From an uncultured Sulfurospirillum sp. (GTDB lineage: Bacteria > Campylobacterota > Campylobacteria > Campylobacterales > Sulfurospirillaceae), in NCBI GenBank assembly GCA_964466465.1, contig CAYXNJ010000003.1, positions 960 through 64,959 on the forward strand: a stretch of DNA of 64,000 bases, read 5' to 3'. The stretch's first letter is position 1, and every line of letters begins with the position of its first letter. Below the pieces are notes generated by a model. That model did not search any database. It was not told the origin of the DNA and worked only from the letters and a program-made list of their open reading frames with translations. A program made the translations under genes and the position numbers. Below are positions 8,447-19,002 of the stretch, piece after piece.

Positions 8447-9658
8447 TTATACACGCTTGAAGATTACTGAGCCATTCGTTCCACCGAAACCAAACGAGTT
8501 ACTCATCGCATATTCTACTTTGCATTTACGCGCTACATTTGGAATGTAGTCAAGATCACAGTCAGGATCTGGATTTTCATAGTTAATGGTTGGAGGTAAA
8601 ATTTCATCGCGCATTGCCATAAGACAAACGACCGCTTCAATTGCACCAGCAGCACCTAAACAGTGACCAATTTGACCCTTAATAGAACTTACTGGTGGAA
8701 TATTTGCCCCAAAGACTTCTTTAATCGCTGCTGTTTCATTTTTATCATTTGCAGGTGTACTTGTACCATGCGCATTGATATAATCAATTTTAGGGAAACC
8801 AGCCATTGTATATGCTGCTTTCATCGCGCGAAGAGGACCATCTAAACTTGGAGAAGTAATGTGACTTGCATCGCCACTCTCACCGAAACCAACAACTTCA
8901 CCGTAAATATGAGCACCACGAGCAACTGCATCTTCATACAATTCAAGTACAAGAGCTCCTGCACCTTCACCCATAATAAATCCATCGCGCTCTGCATCAA
9001 ATGGACGAGAAGCTTTTTTAGGGTCATCGTTACGTGTTGAAAGTGCTTTCATAGCAGAAAAACCACCAATACCTGCTGCGCAGATTGCTGCTTCTGCACC
9101 CACAACGAGCATCTTTTTAGCGCCACCTGTCATGATTGTTTTCGTAGCATCGCTAATAGCGTGTGTACCTGCGGCACATGCTGTAACAGATGAAAGATTT
9201 GGTCCTTTTAAACCATATTCAATTGATACCATTCCACCCAGCATATTGATAAGTGCAGAAGGAATAAAAAATGGAGAAATTTTACGTGGACTTGCACTGT
9301 TTACAATCACAGAGTTTTTCTCAATAACAATAAGTCCGCCAATACCAGAAGCTGAGCTAACGCCAAATGTTTCATCAGCTTCAAATGCTTCAAACTTAGC
9401 GTCATTCATCGCTTCTTTAGCAGCAGCAAGACCTAATTGAATAAAACGATCAGCTTTTTTAACCTCTTTAGGATTCATAATCGTATTTGGATCAAAGTCA
9501 GTGATTTCACCAGCAATGGTAACAGAATGCTCGGTTGTGTCAAACGAACTAATGCTTTTAATGCCACATTGACCTTCAACGATAGCTTTAAAAGAACTCT
9601 CTTTATCCAAACCTAATGAATTAATCATTCCTATACCAGTAACAACGACTCTTTTCAA
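8447..9658 (-). CDS. fabF: Beta-ketoacyl-ACP synthase II
   Basis: RVVVTGIG, TACAAG, NAHGTST, GHCLGAAG and SNSFGFGG motifs. Confidence 0.97.
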   Translation of the reverse strand: MKRVVVTGIGMINSLGLDKESSFKAIVEGQCGIKSISSFDTTEHSVTIAGEITDFDPNTIMNPKEVKKADRFIQLGLAAAKEAMNDAKFEAFEADETFGVSSASGIGGLIVIEKNSVIVNSASPRKISPFFIPSALINMLGGMVSIEYGLKGPNLSSVTACAAGTHAISDATKTIMTGGAKKMLVVGAEAAICAAGIGGFSAMKALSTRNDDPKKASRPFDAERDGFIMGEGAGALVLELYEDAVARGAHIYGEVVGFGESGDASHITSPSLDGPLRAMKAAYTMAGFPKIDYINAHGTSTPANDKNETAAIKEVFGANIPPVSSIKGQIGHCLGAAGAIEAVVCLMAMRDEILPPTINYENPDPDCDLDYIPNVARKCKVEYAMSNSFGFGGTNGSVIFKRV

Positions 9659-9697
9659 ATTTTTATCCTCTTTAGTGATCTTTTGTGGGAAAGGGGG

Positions 9698-9715
9698 AAC
9701 CCGCCTTGGCGGGTT
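9698..9715 (-). terminator. Hairpin after acpP
   Basis: AACCCGCC-TT-GGCGGGTT. Confidence 0.5.
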
Positions 9716-9730
9716 ATATGTGTTATAAAA

Positions 9731-9961
9731 TTATTTATGTGCTTCAATGTAAGACATAGCATCTTTTACAGTGACGATTTTCTCAGCGTCAGTGTCAGGA
9801 ATTTCAATGTCAAATTTCTCTTCAAGAGCCATAACGAGTTCTACAACGTCCAAAGAATCTGCACCCAAATCTTCTACGAATTTTGTATCTTCTTTTACCT
9901 CGTCATGATTTACATTTAATTGTTCAACAACAACCGCTTTTACATCATCAAATAGTGCCAT
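9731..9961 (-). CDS. acpP: Acyl carrier protein
   Basis: [18 protein letters not shown] motif. Confidence 0.98.
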   Translation of the reverse strand: MALFDDVKAVVVEQLNVNHDEVKEDTKFVEDLGADSLDVVELVMALEEKFDIEIPDTDAEKIVTVKDAMSYIEAHK

Positions 9962-10039
9962 TTAATAGCTCCTTTAAAAAATTTCCACTATTTTATCAAA
10001 AAAACCTTTAATTTGAATTTTATGCACGTAAACTCCCGT

Positions 10040-10783
10040 TTACATGTACATACCACCATTCACTTTCAAGACTTCACCTGTGATATAACTTGCGCTATCA
10101 CTTAATAAGAAAGCAACAGATTCTGCAATATCTTTTGGACTACCAAAACGTTTAAGTGGGATTTTGGATGTATAACTTTCTTTAATTTCATCGCTTAGCT
10201 TATCGGTCATTTCTGTTGCAATAAAACCAGGTGTTACTGCATTAAAACGAACATCTCTTGCGCTTCCTTCTTGTGCAAAGCTTTTTGTCATGGCAATAAG
10301 TCCACCTTTGCTTGCACTGTAATTGACTTGACCCGCATTGCCTGTTTCACCCACGATAGAAGCGATATTCACAACTGCACCAAAACGTTTTTTGCTCATG
10401 ATTTTAAGTGCTTCACGACAACCCACAAAAGCTGAAGTAAGATTAATATCAATGACAGAGGTAAAATCCTCTTTTTTCATACGAATAGCAAGTTTGTCAT
10501 TAGTAATTCCCGCGTTATTGACAAGATAAGAAAGCTCACCATCGGCATCCACAATCGTTTTAATCCCTTCAATAAATGCTTCTTCATCCGCTACATCAAA
10601 GCCAATGACAGCAGCCACACCGCCGTTTGCTTCAATCTCAGCTTTAATTGTATCTGCCGCTTCAGGGCGAGAACGATAGTTAATCCATACTTTAAGACCA
10701 TACCCTGCCAAAGTTAATGCTAACTCTTTACCAATACCGCTTGCTGCGCCTGTAACTAAAACATTTTTTCCACTAAATTTCAT
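10040..10783 (-). CDS. fabG: 3-oxoacyl-ACP reductase
   Basis: TGAASGIG, NNAGIT and YSASK SDR motifs; fab cluster context. Confidence 0.96.
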   Translation of the reverse strand: MKFSGKNVLVTGAASGIGKELALTLAGYGLKVWINYRSRPEAADTIKAEIEANGGVAAVIGFDVADEEAFIEGIKTIVDADGELSYLVNNAGITNDKLAIRMKKEDFTSVIDINLTSAFVGCREALKIMSKKRFGAVVNIASIVGETGNAGQVNYSASKGGLIAMTKSFAQEGSARDVRFNAVTPGFIATEMTDKLSDEIKESYTSKIPLKRFGSPKDIAESVAFLLSDSASYITGEVLKVNGGMYM

Positions 10784-10805
10784 TATTAAATCCTTTTAAG
10801 TTATT

Positions 10806-12296
10806 TTAAAATTCGACTAACGGCTTATCCATTTCACTAGGAATTGGAAGTCCCATCAATTTTAAGACCGTTGGGGCGATGTTGTTCAATCCACCCTTTT
10901 CCACTTTGTTCACGCGTTTATCCATAACAAATCCATACACATCAAAGGTTGTATGGTTTGTCAATTTTGAGCCATTTTCATCAAACATTTGTTCACAATT
11001 TCCATGATCGCTTGTTAGAACAATAGAATAATCTAATTCTTTCGCTTTGGCAAACAATCTTCCAAGCTCTATATCAACGGCTTCAACAGCACAAATTGCC
11101 GCTTCCAAGCTTCCTGTATGCCCTACCATATCGCCATTGGCAAAATTGACCACAATAAAATCATAGGCTTCATCCATAGCTTTTAAAACAGCATCGCCAA
11201 CAGCTGGAGCACTCATTTGAGGTTCCAAATCATATGTTTTCACTTTTGGACTTGGAACAAGTAAACGTGTTTCATTTACTTTTGGCTCTTCAAGCCCACC
11301 ATTAAAAAAGAAAGTCACATGCGCATATTTCTCTGTCTCAGCCGTGTGAAACTGAGAGAGTCCTGCCTCTGCAACGACATCGCTCAATGTATTTTGTGGT
11401 GTATCGGCTTGAAACATGATAGGAAATGGATAGCTACTATCATACTCTGTCATGGTAATACACGTAACACCATTGAGTGTACGTGCAAACTCCGTAAATT
11501 CACTAAAGCCAATCGCTTTGGAGAGTTCTCGCATACGGTCATTTCTAAAGTTTGCAAAAACAACACCATCTTCTGCCTTCATACCTACAAAAGGCTCAAA
11601 TGCGACAGGTTCTATAAACTCATCGGTAATGCCTTTATCGTACATGTTCTGCATATATTCATTTGGAGATAAAGAGATTGTTGGTGTCGCATCAACCATC
11701 ACGCGATATCCTTGTTCTACTCTTTCCCATCTGTTGTCACGATCCATACTAAAAAAACGCCCTGAAATAGAGGCTATTGAGATCGTATCATTACAGATAC
11801 GTAACAACTGTTCAACAAAGTCCAATCCAGAGGTTGGAGAGACATCTCTACCATCTGTAATGACATGCAAATAGACTTTTTTGCCCTTAGTTGAAACAAT
11901 ACGTGCAAGGTCAATAATATGATCAATATGTGAATGAACTCCACCATCGCTTACAAGACCAATAATGTGAATAGCACCTTTCACATCTAAAAGCTGTGTC
12001 AATGCCGGATTGCAAGCGAGCGTTCCATCTTGTGCCGCCAAAGAAATTTTGACCAAGTTTTGGTACAAAATACGCCCACTGCCAATACACATATGTCCCA
12101 CTTCACTGTTGCCCATCTGGCCATCAGGAAGCCCAACACTTAAGCCCGAGGTTGCTATAAGATTGTATGGAACCTCTTTAAAAAGCTTATCGTACGTAGG
12201 TTTATGTGCTTGTGCAAACGCATTTGCGGTATTGCTACTGTTGTGACCAATACCATCAGTAATAATCAGTAATGTTTTTTGAACTTCTGGTTTCAA
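10806..12296 (-). CDS. gpmI: 2,3-bisphosphoglycerate-independent phosphoglycerate mutase
   Basis: [29 protein letters not shown] and DMVGHTG motifs. Confidence 0.96.
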   Translation of the reverse strand: MKPEVQKTLLIITDGIGHNSSNTANAFAQAHKPTYDKLFKEVPYNLIATSGLSVGLPDGQMGNSEVGHMCIGSGRILYQNLVKISLAAQDGTLACNPALTQLLDVKGAIHIIGLVSDGGVHSHIDHIIDLARIVSTKGKKVYLHVITDGRDVSPTSGLDFVEQLLRICNDTISIASISGRFFSMDRDNRWERVEQGYRVMVDATPTISLSPNEYMQNMYDKGITDEFIEPVAFEPFVGMKAEDGVVFANFRNDRMRELSKAIGFSEFTEFARTLNGVTCITMTEYDSSYPFPIMFQADTPQNTLSDVVAEAGLSQFHTAETEKYAHVTFFFNGGLEEPKVNETRLLVPSPKVKTYDLEPQMSAPAVGDAVLKAMDEAYDFIVVNFANGDMVGHTGSLEAAICAVEAVDIELGRLFAKAKELDYSIVLTSDHGNCEQMFDENGSKLTNHTTFDVYGFVMDKRVNKVEKGGLNNIAPTVLKLMGLPIPSEMDKPLVEF

Positions 12297-12386
12297 AATG
12301 ATACCTTTTGTTATAAGCTTATAAGTAATATCTTACTAAAATGTTGCTTTTATAAAAATATATCCCAAAACTTTGGAACGTTATTA

Positions 12387-13451
12387 ATGCTATATTCTTT
12401 CTATAAACTTATGTCCATCAATCTTTTTCAATATATTACTGTTCGTGCAGGAATCGCCTTCTTTTTAGCCTTCATTTTAACCATCTATTTGATGCCAAAA
12501 TTTATCAAATGGGCAAAATCACGCAACGCCAATCAACCTATTTATTCCCTAGCCCCTCAAACACATCAACAAAAGTCTAAAACCCCAACCATGGGCGGTA
12601 TCGTCTTTTTATGTGCCGCAACGCTTTCTATTTTAATGTGTGCGCGTATGAATAACCTTTTTGTTCTCTCAGCGCTAGCGTGTATTTTACTGTTTGGGCT
12701 TATTGGGATGAAAGATGATCTTGCTAAAATTTTAGGCAAAAGCAATACCGCAGGGCTTACACCTCGTGCCAAACTAGGTTTTCAAATTTTAGCATCTTCT
12801 ATTGTTGCGCTCATTTTATACATTGCTGTTGATCTTGATACTACTTTTTTTGTTCCATTTTACAAATTTCCACTCTTTGATATGCAGCTCTTAGCATTAG
12901 GTTTTTGGGTTTTAGTCATGATCTCTGCGAGTAATGCGGTAAACCTGACCGATGGACTCGATGGACTTGCAACGGTTCCAGCGATACTTTCTATTCTTTC
13001 ACTTGCTGTTTTTGTTTATGTGGGTGGCAATGCCTTCTTAAGCGGTTATTTACTCCTTCCAAAAGTTGGAGGCAGTGGTGAAGTGGTCATCGTAGCAACC
13101 GCTGTTATGGGCTCATTAGTGGGCTTTTTATGGTTTAACTGCTACCCAGCAGAAATTTTTATGGGCGATAGCGGAAGTCTTAGTATTGGGGCATTTATCG
13201 GTTATATGGCGATCATCTCTAAAAATGAGATTCTATTATTGCTTATCGGTTTTGTCTTTGTTTTAGAAACCGTTTCAGTTATTTTGCAGGTGGGAAGTTT
13301 TAAAACACGTAAAAAACGTATCTTCCTTATGGCGCCAATTCATCACCACTTTGAAGTGAAAGGTTGGCCAGAAAACAAGATTATCGTGAGATTTTGGATT
13401 ATCGCTCTCATGTCAAATCTTTTAGCACTTACGGCACTTAAAATCAGATGA
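12387..13451 (+). CDS. mraY: Phospho-N-acetylmuramoyl-pentapeptide transferase
   Basis: [27 protein letters not shown] and MAPIHHHFE motifs; start moved to ATG 12387 to avoid overlap with gpmI. Confidence 0.96.
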   Translation: MLYSFYKLMSINLFQYITVRAGIAFFLAFILTIYLMPKFIKWAKSRNANQPIYSLAPQTHQQKSKTPTMGGIVFLCAATLSILMCARMNNLFVLSALACILLFGLIGMKDDLAKILGKSNTAGLTPRAKLGFQILASSIVALILYIAVDLDTTFFVPFYKFPLFDMQLLALGFWVLVMISASNAVNLTDGLDGLATVPAILSILSLAVFVYVGGNAFLSGYLLLPKVGGSGEVVIVATAVMGSLVGFLWFNCYPAEIFMGDSGSLSIGAFIGYMAIISKNEILLLLIGFVFVLETVSVILQVGSFKTRKKRIFLMAPIHHHFEVKGWPENKIIVRFWIIALMSNLLALTALKIR

Positions 13452-14641
13452 TAACACTATTTGGACACGGAAAAACAACTAAGGCTATTGCAAAGCGTTT
13501 TGCAGGACAATGCCAAATTTTTGATGATAATTTTGTCACAAAAGAGACAGATGCGTTTGGTAATCTCTTATTACCTCCTTCAGAATTCGATCCTAATACA
13601 AGCGATGTAGAGATCCCAAGCCCAGGCTTTCCAACCAATCATCCTTTAATTCAAAAGGCATTGCACGTTACAAGTGAATATGACTTTTTTAAAGAGCAAA
13701 TGCCCTTTTCTATTTGGATCAGCGGAACCAATGGTAAAACGACTACCACACAAATGTGTGAATTTCTCCTTCAAAAACAAGGTGCCCTTGCAGGTGGAAA
13801 TATCGGGACACCCCTAGCAGAACTAAGTGAAAATGCACCAATTTGGATACTTGAGACCAGCTCATTTACGTTTCACTATACAAAAGTCACAGCACCCGAT
13901 ATTTACCTACTGCTTCCTATCAAGCCTGACCATTTAACATGGCATGGAAGCATGGAAGCGTACATTGAAGCGAAACTTTCACCACTTTCTCGTATGCGAG
14001 AAGGAAGCGTTGCGATTCTTCCTAAAGCACATGCAGATGTTAAAACACTCGCACATGTTATTTCCTATGAAAATGAACATGATTTGGCAGAAACAATGGG
14101 TATTGATATTTCAAAAGTAAATTTTAAAACGCCATTTTTACTGGATGCAATTCTTGCTATGAGTGCACAAAAAGTTCTCTTAGATACTGTTGACTATGAG
14201 CTTATCAATACATTTAAAATTGACCATTATAAAATTGAAGAATTTCGTGATAACCAAGGTCGCCTTTGGGTGGATGACTCTAAAGGAACCAATGTTGATG
14301 CCACAATAGAAGCTCTTAAGCGTTATAAAGACGATGAAATTCTGATTGTTTTAGGCGGTGATGACAAAGGTGTTGACCTGCAAGAGCTCTTTGACTTTAT
14401 GCAACCTTTGCGTGTGACTATCTTTGCAATAGGTTCTAACACTGAAAGACTTGCATCTTTTGCCCAAAAAGATGGCATTAAACTTCATAAATGTTTTGTG
14501 ATCGAAGAGGCAATGAAACAAATTCATGCCGTTCATACCACTCAAAGCGTCGCTCTACTTTCCCCTGCAGCAGCAAGTTTGGACCAGTTCAAATCGTATG
14601 CTCACAGAGGTGATCGCTTTAAAGAATTAGCTTTAGCCTAG
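13448..14641 (+). CDS. murD: UDP-MurNAc-L-Ala:D-Glu ligase
   Basis: [21 protein letters not shown] and [10 protein letters not shown] motifs. Confidence 0.95.
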   Translation: MITLFGHGKTTKAIAKRFAGQCQIFDDNFVTKETDAFGNLLLPPSEFDPNTSDVEIPSPGFPTNHPLIQKALHVTSEYDFFKEQMPFSIWISGTNGKTTTTQMCEFLLQKQGALAGGNIGTPLAELSENAPIWILETSSFTFHYTKVTAPDIYLLLPIKPDHLTWHGSMEAYIEAKLSPLSRMREGSVAILPKAHADVKTLAHVISYENEHDLAETMGIDISKVNFKTPFLLDAILAMSAQKVLLDTVDYELINTFKIDHYKIEEFRDNQGRLWVDDSKGTNVDATIEALKRYKDDEILIVLGGDDKGVDLQELFDFMQPLRVTIFAIGSNTERLASFAQKDGIKLHKCFVIEEAMKQIHAVHTTQSVALLSPAAASLDQFKSYAHRGDRFKELALA

Positions 14642-14693
14642 TTATAAGCTAGGCTTAAAGTTTTTAAGCTATAATTTCAACTCTTCAAAGCGT

Positions 14694-14769
14694 GGCTGGA
14701 TAGCTCAGTCGGTAGAGCAGGAGACTGAAAATCTCCGTGTCGGCGGTTCGATTCCGTCTCCAGCCACCA
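14694..14769 (+). tRNA. tRNA-Phe (GAA)
   Basis: GGCTGGA/TCCAGCC acceptor stem, anticodon loop CTGAAAA, GTTCGATTC T-arm, encoded CCA; 76 nt. Confidence 0.97.
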
Positions 14770-14819
14770 CTCAAAAAAATCAATCTGCAAATTTGCATCA
14801 TCCTTATGTATTAAAAGCT

Positions 14820-16625
14820 TTATGATTTAACCACACCCAAATCAACACACGCAATATGGCTTGGAGATGTCTTAGCACTCTTTTTCAACACCCCAAAAAT
14901 TTCGTTTAACTCGTTATCATCCAAATCATGCTGATACCCAAAACCATGACAAATGACCGCTGCACTAACCGTCATAAGAGGAAAAGGCTGAATCACGCCA
15001 TCACGGTTCTTTGCCATAATGTAGCCAGAATTGAGCCCTTGTTCACAATAAAAACTCTTAATATCTTCTGCAAACTTCGTGACTATTTCTGACACAATGC
15101 CATAGACTTTCTCAAAGGTATCTTCCTCTTTGAGACTCCAGCCCAAAAAAAAGTCATCGCCACCCACATGACCCACCAAACACTCATCAAACCCTACAGA
15201 ACTTTTCAAGATGTCAGCAAACAGGGTAATCGCACGGTCTCCTTTGCGAAATCCATAATAATCATTAAACGGTTTGAAGTTATCAAAGTCAAAATACGCC
15301 ATCATCACTTTCTCTTTACCATCCATCGCATTAGCGACAAATTCATTGATGATGCGATTGCCTGCAAGCCCTGTGAGCGGATTTTGGTCTTTAGCATCAA
15401 CGATATTCTTTTCATTCACAATGTCTAACAGCACTTTGGAACTAAGATAACCTACATATTTTTCATTTTCAGTAATTAAAATCGCATCATTATCATCATC
15501 AAAGGCATAGATTTTCAAGATTTTTTCGATGGGATCATTGATGTCCGCTCTGCCACAATGCGAGATAATCTTTTTGAGGCTTCCTTGTGTGAGATTATAC
15601 AAAAGAGCCTTGCCATAATTGGAGTAGATATACGCTTTTATATCGGTATCTTTAATGATACCAAGCGGTGTCATATCACGCGCTAACACAGGTACAAAGT
15701 GCGTCTTTTTATCGGCTTTAAGCACTTCATACACTTCATTGATATGTGAATCTACAAACACCGTATGACTTTTTTGCAGGTACTTCTCAATATTGGTAAT
15801 TTTGCCACTTTTGCGTTTGTCGTGTTGCGAAACATATTTGAGATGCTCATACGAAGAGATGATTTCGTTAACATCTCTGGTAGGCTTTTGTACGAAATAG
15901 CCTTGCACCATATTGCATCCTAGTTTTTTACACTCGATGTACTCCTCTTCACACTCTACGCCTTCCGCAATCGTGAAAATGCCCATCGCTTGGGCAATTT
16001 GAACGATGGAACTGACAAAAAGCTTCTTCTTTTTACTGAGATGAATTTCGCTGATAAAAAAACGGTCTATCTTGATGAAATTAGGATCGGCATTAAACAG
16101 CATTTGAAGCCCTGAAAAGCCTACACCAAAATCATCAATCGCCATCTTGTAACCTTGTTGTTTGTAAAGGTTCAGCACTAACTTATCAACACCTGCATAC
16201 ATACCCACTTGGTGTTTTTCGGAGAGTTCAAAACAGATGTTGGATGTGTCCATCTCATAGGTTGAAAGCAGTTCACACGTGTAACCTGACTTAAAATCGG
16301 GCATCATGGTGATGCGGTTGTCTAGGTTGTAAAAAAGTTTGATATGTTTGGAAAAAGGAAGAAGTGAAAATTTATGAATGGCTTTTTCGCGCAGTATCAC
16401 ATCAATCGCATAGAGCGTTTTTTCACTGTATGCTGTATCAAATATGCAGTCAATTGTCGTAAATCCAGCAGGCTCATAATTACGAATCAGTGCTTCTACG
16501 GCATAAAGTTTACCTGTATAAATATTGACAATGGGTTGAAAGGCAAAATCAGCAACTTCTATAAGCTTTTGCCATTTTTCGTTGAGCATTACGTACAAAT
16601 CCTTCATTGCAAATGAAGAAATCAT
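14820..16625 (-). CDS. EAL-(CBS-like)-GGDEF c-di-GMP signalling protein
   Basis: AFQPIV..EAL and AIDDFG in the N-terminal half; DFDNFKPFND..G...GD and GGDDF at the C-terminus; CBS-like middle (VPVL, ITENEKYVG). Confidence 0.88.
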   Translation of the reverse strand: MISSFAMKDLYVMLNEKWQKLIEVADFAFQPIVNIYTGKLYAVEALIRNYEPAGFTTIDCIFDTAYSEKTLYAIDVILREKAIHKFSLLPFSKHIKLFYNLDNRITMMPDFKSGYTCELLSTYEMDTSNICFELSEKHQVGMYAGVDKLVLNLYKQQGYKMAIDDFGVGFSGLQMLFNADPNFIKIDRFFISEIHLSKKKKLFVSSIVQIAQAMGIFTIAEGVECEEEYIECKKLGCNMVQGYFVQKPTRDVNEIISSYEHLKYVSQHDKRKSGKITNIEKYLQKSHTVFVDSHINEVYEVLKADKKTHFVPVLARDMTPLGIIKDTDIKAYIYSNYGKALLYNLTQGSLKKIISHCGRADINDPIEKILKIYAFDDDNDAILITENEKYVGYLSSKVLLDIVNEKNIVDAKDQNPLTGLAGNRIINEFVANAMDGKEKVMMAYFDFDNFKPFNDYYGFRKGDRAITLFADILKSSVGFDECLVGHVGGDDFFLGWSLKEEDTFEKVYGIVSEIVTKFAEDIKSFYCEQGLNSGYIMAKNRDGVIQPFPLMTVSAAVICHGFGYQHDLDDNELNEIFGVLKKSAKTSPSHIACVDLGVVKS

Positions 16626-16663
16626 ACTCTCAAGCGATTACTAAATCATTACATTTAGAAACT

Positions 16664-17260
16664 TTAGTCGCAGTTTTCCACACACATTTTATGCGGTATC
16701 ACTTGTCCCCCACAGCCCACAAAGCAGTTATCATAGCTTTGCTCACAGCCACAGTTGGTCGTACAAAAGCTTTGTTGGTTAACTAAAATTTGCTCAAACG
16801 TTGGGCGAGATGGAACCCATGGTTCACGAGGTCTATCATGGCTTAAGCGGTTCATGTAGTGGCGTAATTCATCGCGTTTTTTACACGCATAAGAATCTTT
16901 GTCGCGCTCACACTTGCTTTGATAATGACTTAAATCCCGACTGTAATCGTAATAATCTCTCTGCCAACGGTGCATCTCCATTTGGTAAAAGCTATAATTC
17001 ATTTGATAACGACTGTATGCTACCTCATAGGCACGTTGCTCATCAATCTCCACTGCTTTTGCCTTTGCATAGGCATCATCAAGACAATATTGATAATTTT
17101 GTTGACATATATTTTGGCAATTTTGACGGATGAGAGAACAGTTGTTTAAACACGACTGAGACATCGAAGAAGCGGGAGGAATGTACTGATTTTTAATCAC
17201 ATAACGAGGACCACACCCAACAAAAAATAGTGCAGCTAACAACAAAAATACATACTTCAT
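16664..17260 (-). CDS. Cysteine-rich lipoprotein of unknown function
   Basis: Lipobox FVGC; 15 Cys; long Tyr/Gln-rich helical middle. Confidence 0.75.
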   Translation of the reverse strand: MKYVFLLLAALFFVGCGPRYVIKNQYIPPASSMSQSCLNNCSLIRQNCQNICQQNYQYCLDDAYAKAKAVEIDEQRAYEVAYSRYQMNYSFYQMEMHRWQRDYYDYSRDLSHYQSKCERDKDSYACKKRDELRHYMNRLSHDRPREPWVPSRPTFEQILVNQQSFCTTNCGCEQSYDNCFVGCGGQVIPHKMCVENCD

Positions 17261-17320
17261 CGAACCTCTTTTAAACGTTTTGGCGTATTATAGGGTAAAA
17301 TTGTGAAGTTTTGGTGAAAA

Positions 17321-18112
17321 TTAGGGCTGAAGCATCTCTCCTCTAAGATAATTCGCCACAATACGATCATACATGCTACTTCCTTTGCCATCAGGCTCTT
17401 TAAGACGATTAAACTGTGCTTGCATGATGTTAAATTGCTCTTTAGGAATCTCTTTACCCACACATATATAATAATCTGTATTGAGAATCACATGTGCCAT
17501 TTTGTATTGGGAAATATCTTGTCCTTCTGTAATGAGATGATAGACAAAAGGAACATCGGTATAAACAAGTGCATCAATTCTGCCATACTCCAACATTTTA
17601 TACGCCTGAATCGGTGTTGAAACACGGGTAATATTTAGCCCATGATTCGCTCCAATTTCTTTAAAAAGCAATTTCTCAGAGGAAGTCTCTTTCACCGTTG
17701 CAATCCTCAGTGGTCGTAACACTTCAACAATGGTTTGTCCTTTTGGAATTGGAGTCGATCTTTTGCTAATCAGCCCCAATCGAACCGTCGCAATGGGTCC
17801 CAGCCATTGAAATTGCTGTTCTCTTTCTTTAAGCCTGACCATGGTCACTAAAAATGATTTGGGATGTTTGAGCGCTTCATCATACATTTTATTCACAGAT
17901 TCAAGTTCTATTTCTTCTTGAGAAAAACGTGGTCTTACATTGACAAGACTTGCCTCTAAAAGATCGATACTTAAACCTTGAACAGCACCTTTCTCTCGAA
18001 AACTAAACGGGGGATTTGGTACGGCGTACAGTGCCGTTTCTGCGCTGAGAAGCGATGGTGTTCCCAAAAAAATGAACATTATTCCATAGAAAAGATAAGC
18101 TAAAAGACGCAT
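17321..18112 (-). CDS. Periplasmic solute-binding protein (family 3-like)
   Basis: Signal peptide; PPFSF, GLSIDLL and MLEYGRIDA motifs. Confidence 0.75.
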   Translation of the reverse strand: MRLLAYLFYGIMFIFLGTPSLLSAETALYAVPNPPFSFREKGAVQGLSIDLLEASLVNVRPRFSQEEIELESVNKMYDEALKHPKSFLVTMVRLKEREQQFQWLGPIATVRLGLISKRSTPIPKGQTIVEVLRPLRIATVKETSSEKLLFKEIGANHGLNITRVSTPIQAYKMLEYGRIDALVYTDVPFVYHLITEGQDISQYKMAHVILNTDYYICVGKEIPKEQFNIMQAQFNRLKEPDGKGSSMYDRIVANYLRGEMLQP

Positions 18113-18258
18113 TGTTGAGCCTTGTGGAGTAATTTTGAAAGGCAAAGAGTCAATAAACTTAAAAATACATTTAAAACATTATTTAAAATTGTAACACACA
18201 CAGACTTATGCGAAACTCAAAGTGTGACAAAAATGACGAAAAAAATTAGAAAACGACG

Positions 18259-18951
18259 TCACTCTTCTTTGTACGTCATGTAAGAGAGATAAACAATGTT
18301 GCTCATAGCACCGCTGCTTAAGATCATTGCCATCACAACAATCTGGTAACGTACTGCAATGAGGGGATCAACACCTGAGAGTATCTGACCTGTCATCATT
18401 CCAGGTAAAGAGACAAAGCCAACCGCTAAAAAAGAGTTGATTTGAGGCATCATGGAAGCTTTAAAGGCAATGGAGCGCGCTTTGTATTTATCGTGGTGTT
18501 CTCTCTCTTTTTCATAGCGCTCTGCAGCCAAAGAGATTGCGTTCATAGCGTTGGCATAAATCATCCCAGCAAGAGGAATAACATAGCGAGGATCAAATGG
18601 ATTGTCAAGTTCTAACACACCCCATAAAACGAGCGCTAAATTGAGTGTTCCGCCTAGTGCTATGGAAATTAAAATGACTGCATACACTTCAACATCTTTA
18701 CGATGAATATTTCGCCTTGCAATGAGGGATGCCGTCGTAATCATCACGGCAACCAAAAGCGCTAAAAGCCAAAGTGCATTGGTTTGAAAAAGGGATGTGA
18801 GTACATACCCAATCACGATCAGCTGGACGCTCATCCGAAGTGTTGCAAACGCAATTTCTGTTTTTTTGCCAACCCAGGTGTAGTAAAAAAATGCAACGAT
18901 AAAGAGTGGAGGAAGAAGATAGAGTAAGTTCAAAAGAGAAATGGTGTGCAT
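18259..18951 (-). CDS. UPF0014/FetB-like ABC permease
   Basis: RMSVQL..IGY, IPLAGMI and SLPGMMTGQILSG..P..AVRYQI motifs. Confidence 0.85.
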   Translation of the reverse strand: MHTISLLNLLYLLPPLFIVAFFYYTWVGKKTEIAFATLRMSVQLIVIGYVLTSLFQTNALWLLALLVAVMITTASLIARRNIHRKDVEVYAVILISIALGGTLNLALVLWGVLELDNPFDPRYVIPLAGMIYANAMNAISLAAERYEKEREHHDKYKARSIAFKASMMPQINSFLAVGFVSLPGMMTGQILSGVDPLIAVRYQIVVMAMILSSGAMSNIVYLSYMTYKEE

Positions 18952-19002
18952 GTAAAATCCCAAAGAACTTTGGAGAGTGCGGTTACACTCTCCAAAGTAG
19001 AA

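Noticed and set aside
11319-11874. Long antisense ORFs over gpmI (similar ones overlie fabF, the MCPs, olsF and the RND genes)
   Set aside because: They fully overlap well-supported genes and show no protein motifs or RBS.
12279-12386. N-terminal extensions in the ORF track (mraY, tnsA, queC, queE, PIN-PhoH, second MCP, flavodoxin-fold gene)
   Set aside because: Downstream ATGs have better RBS, coupling or promoter fit, and the extensions are low-complexity.
14694-14820. tRNA-Phe as an integration site for an island
   Set aside because: No integrase and no duplicated tRNA 3' end were seen in the window.
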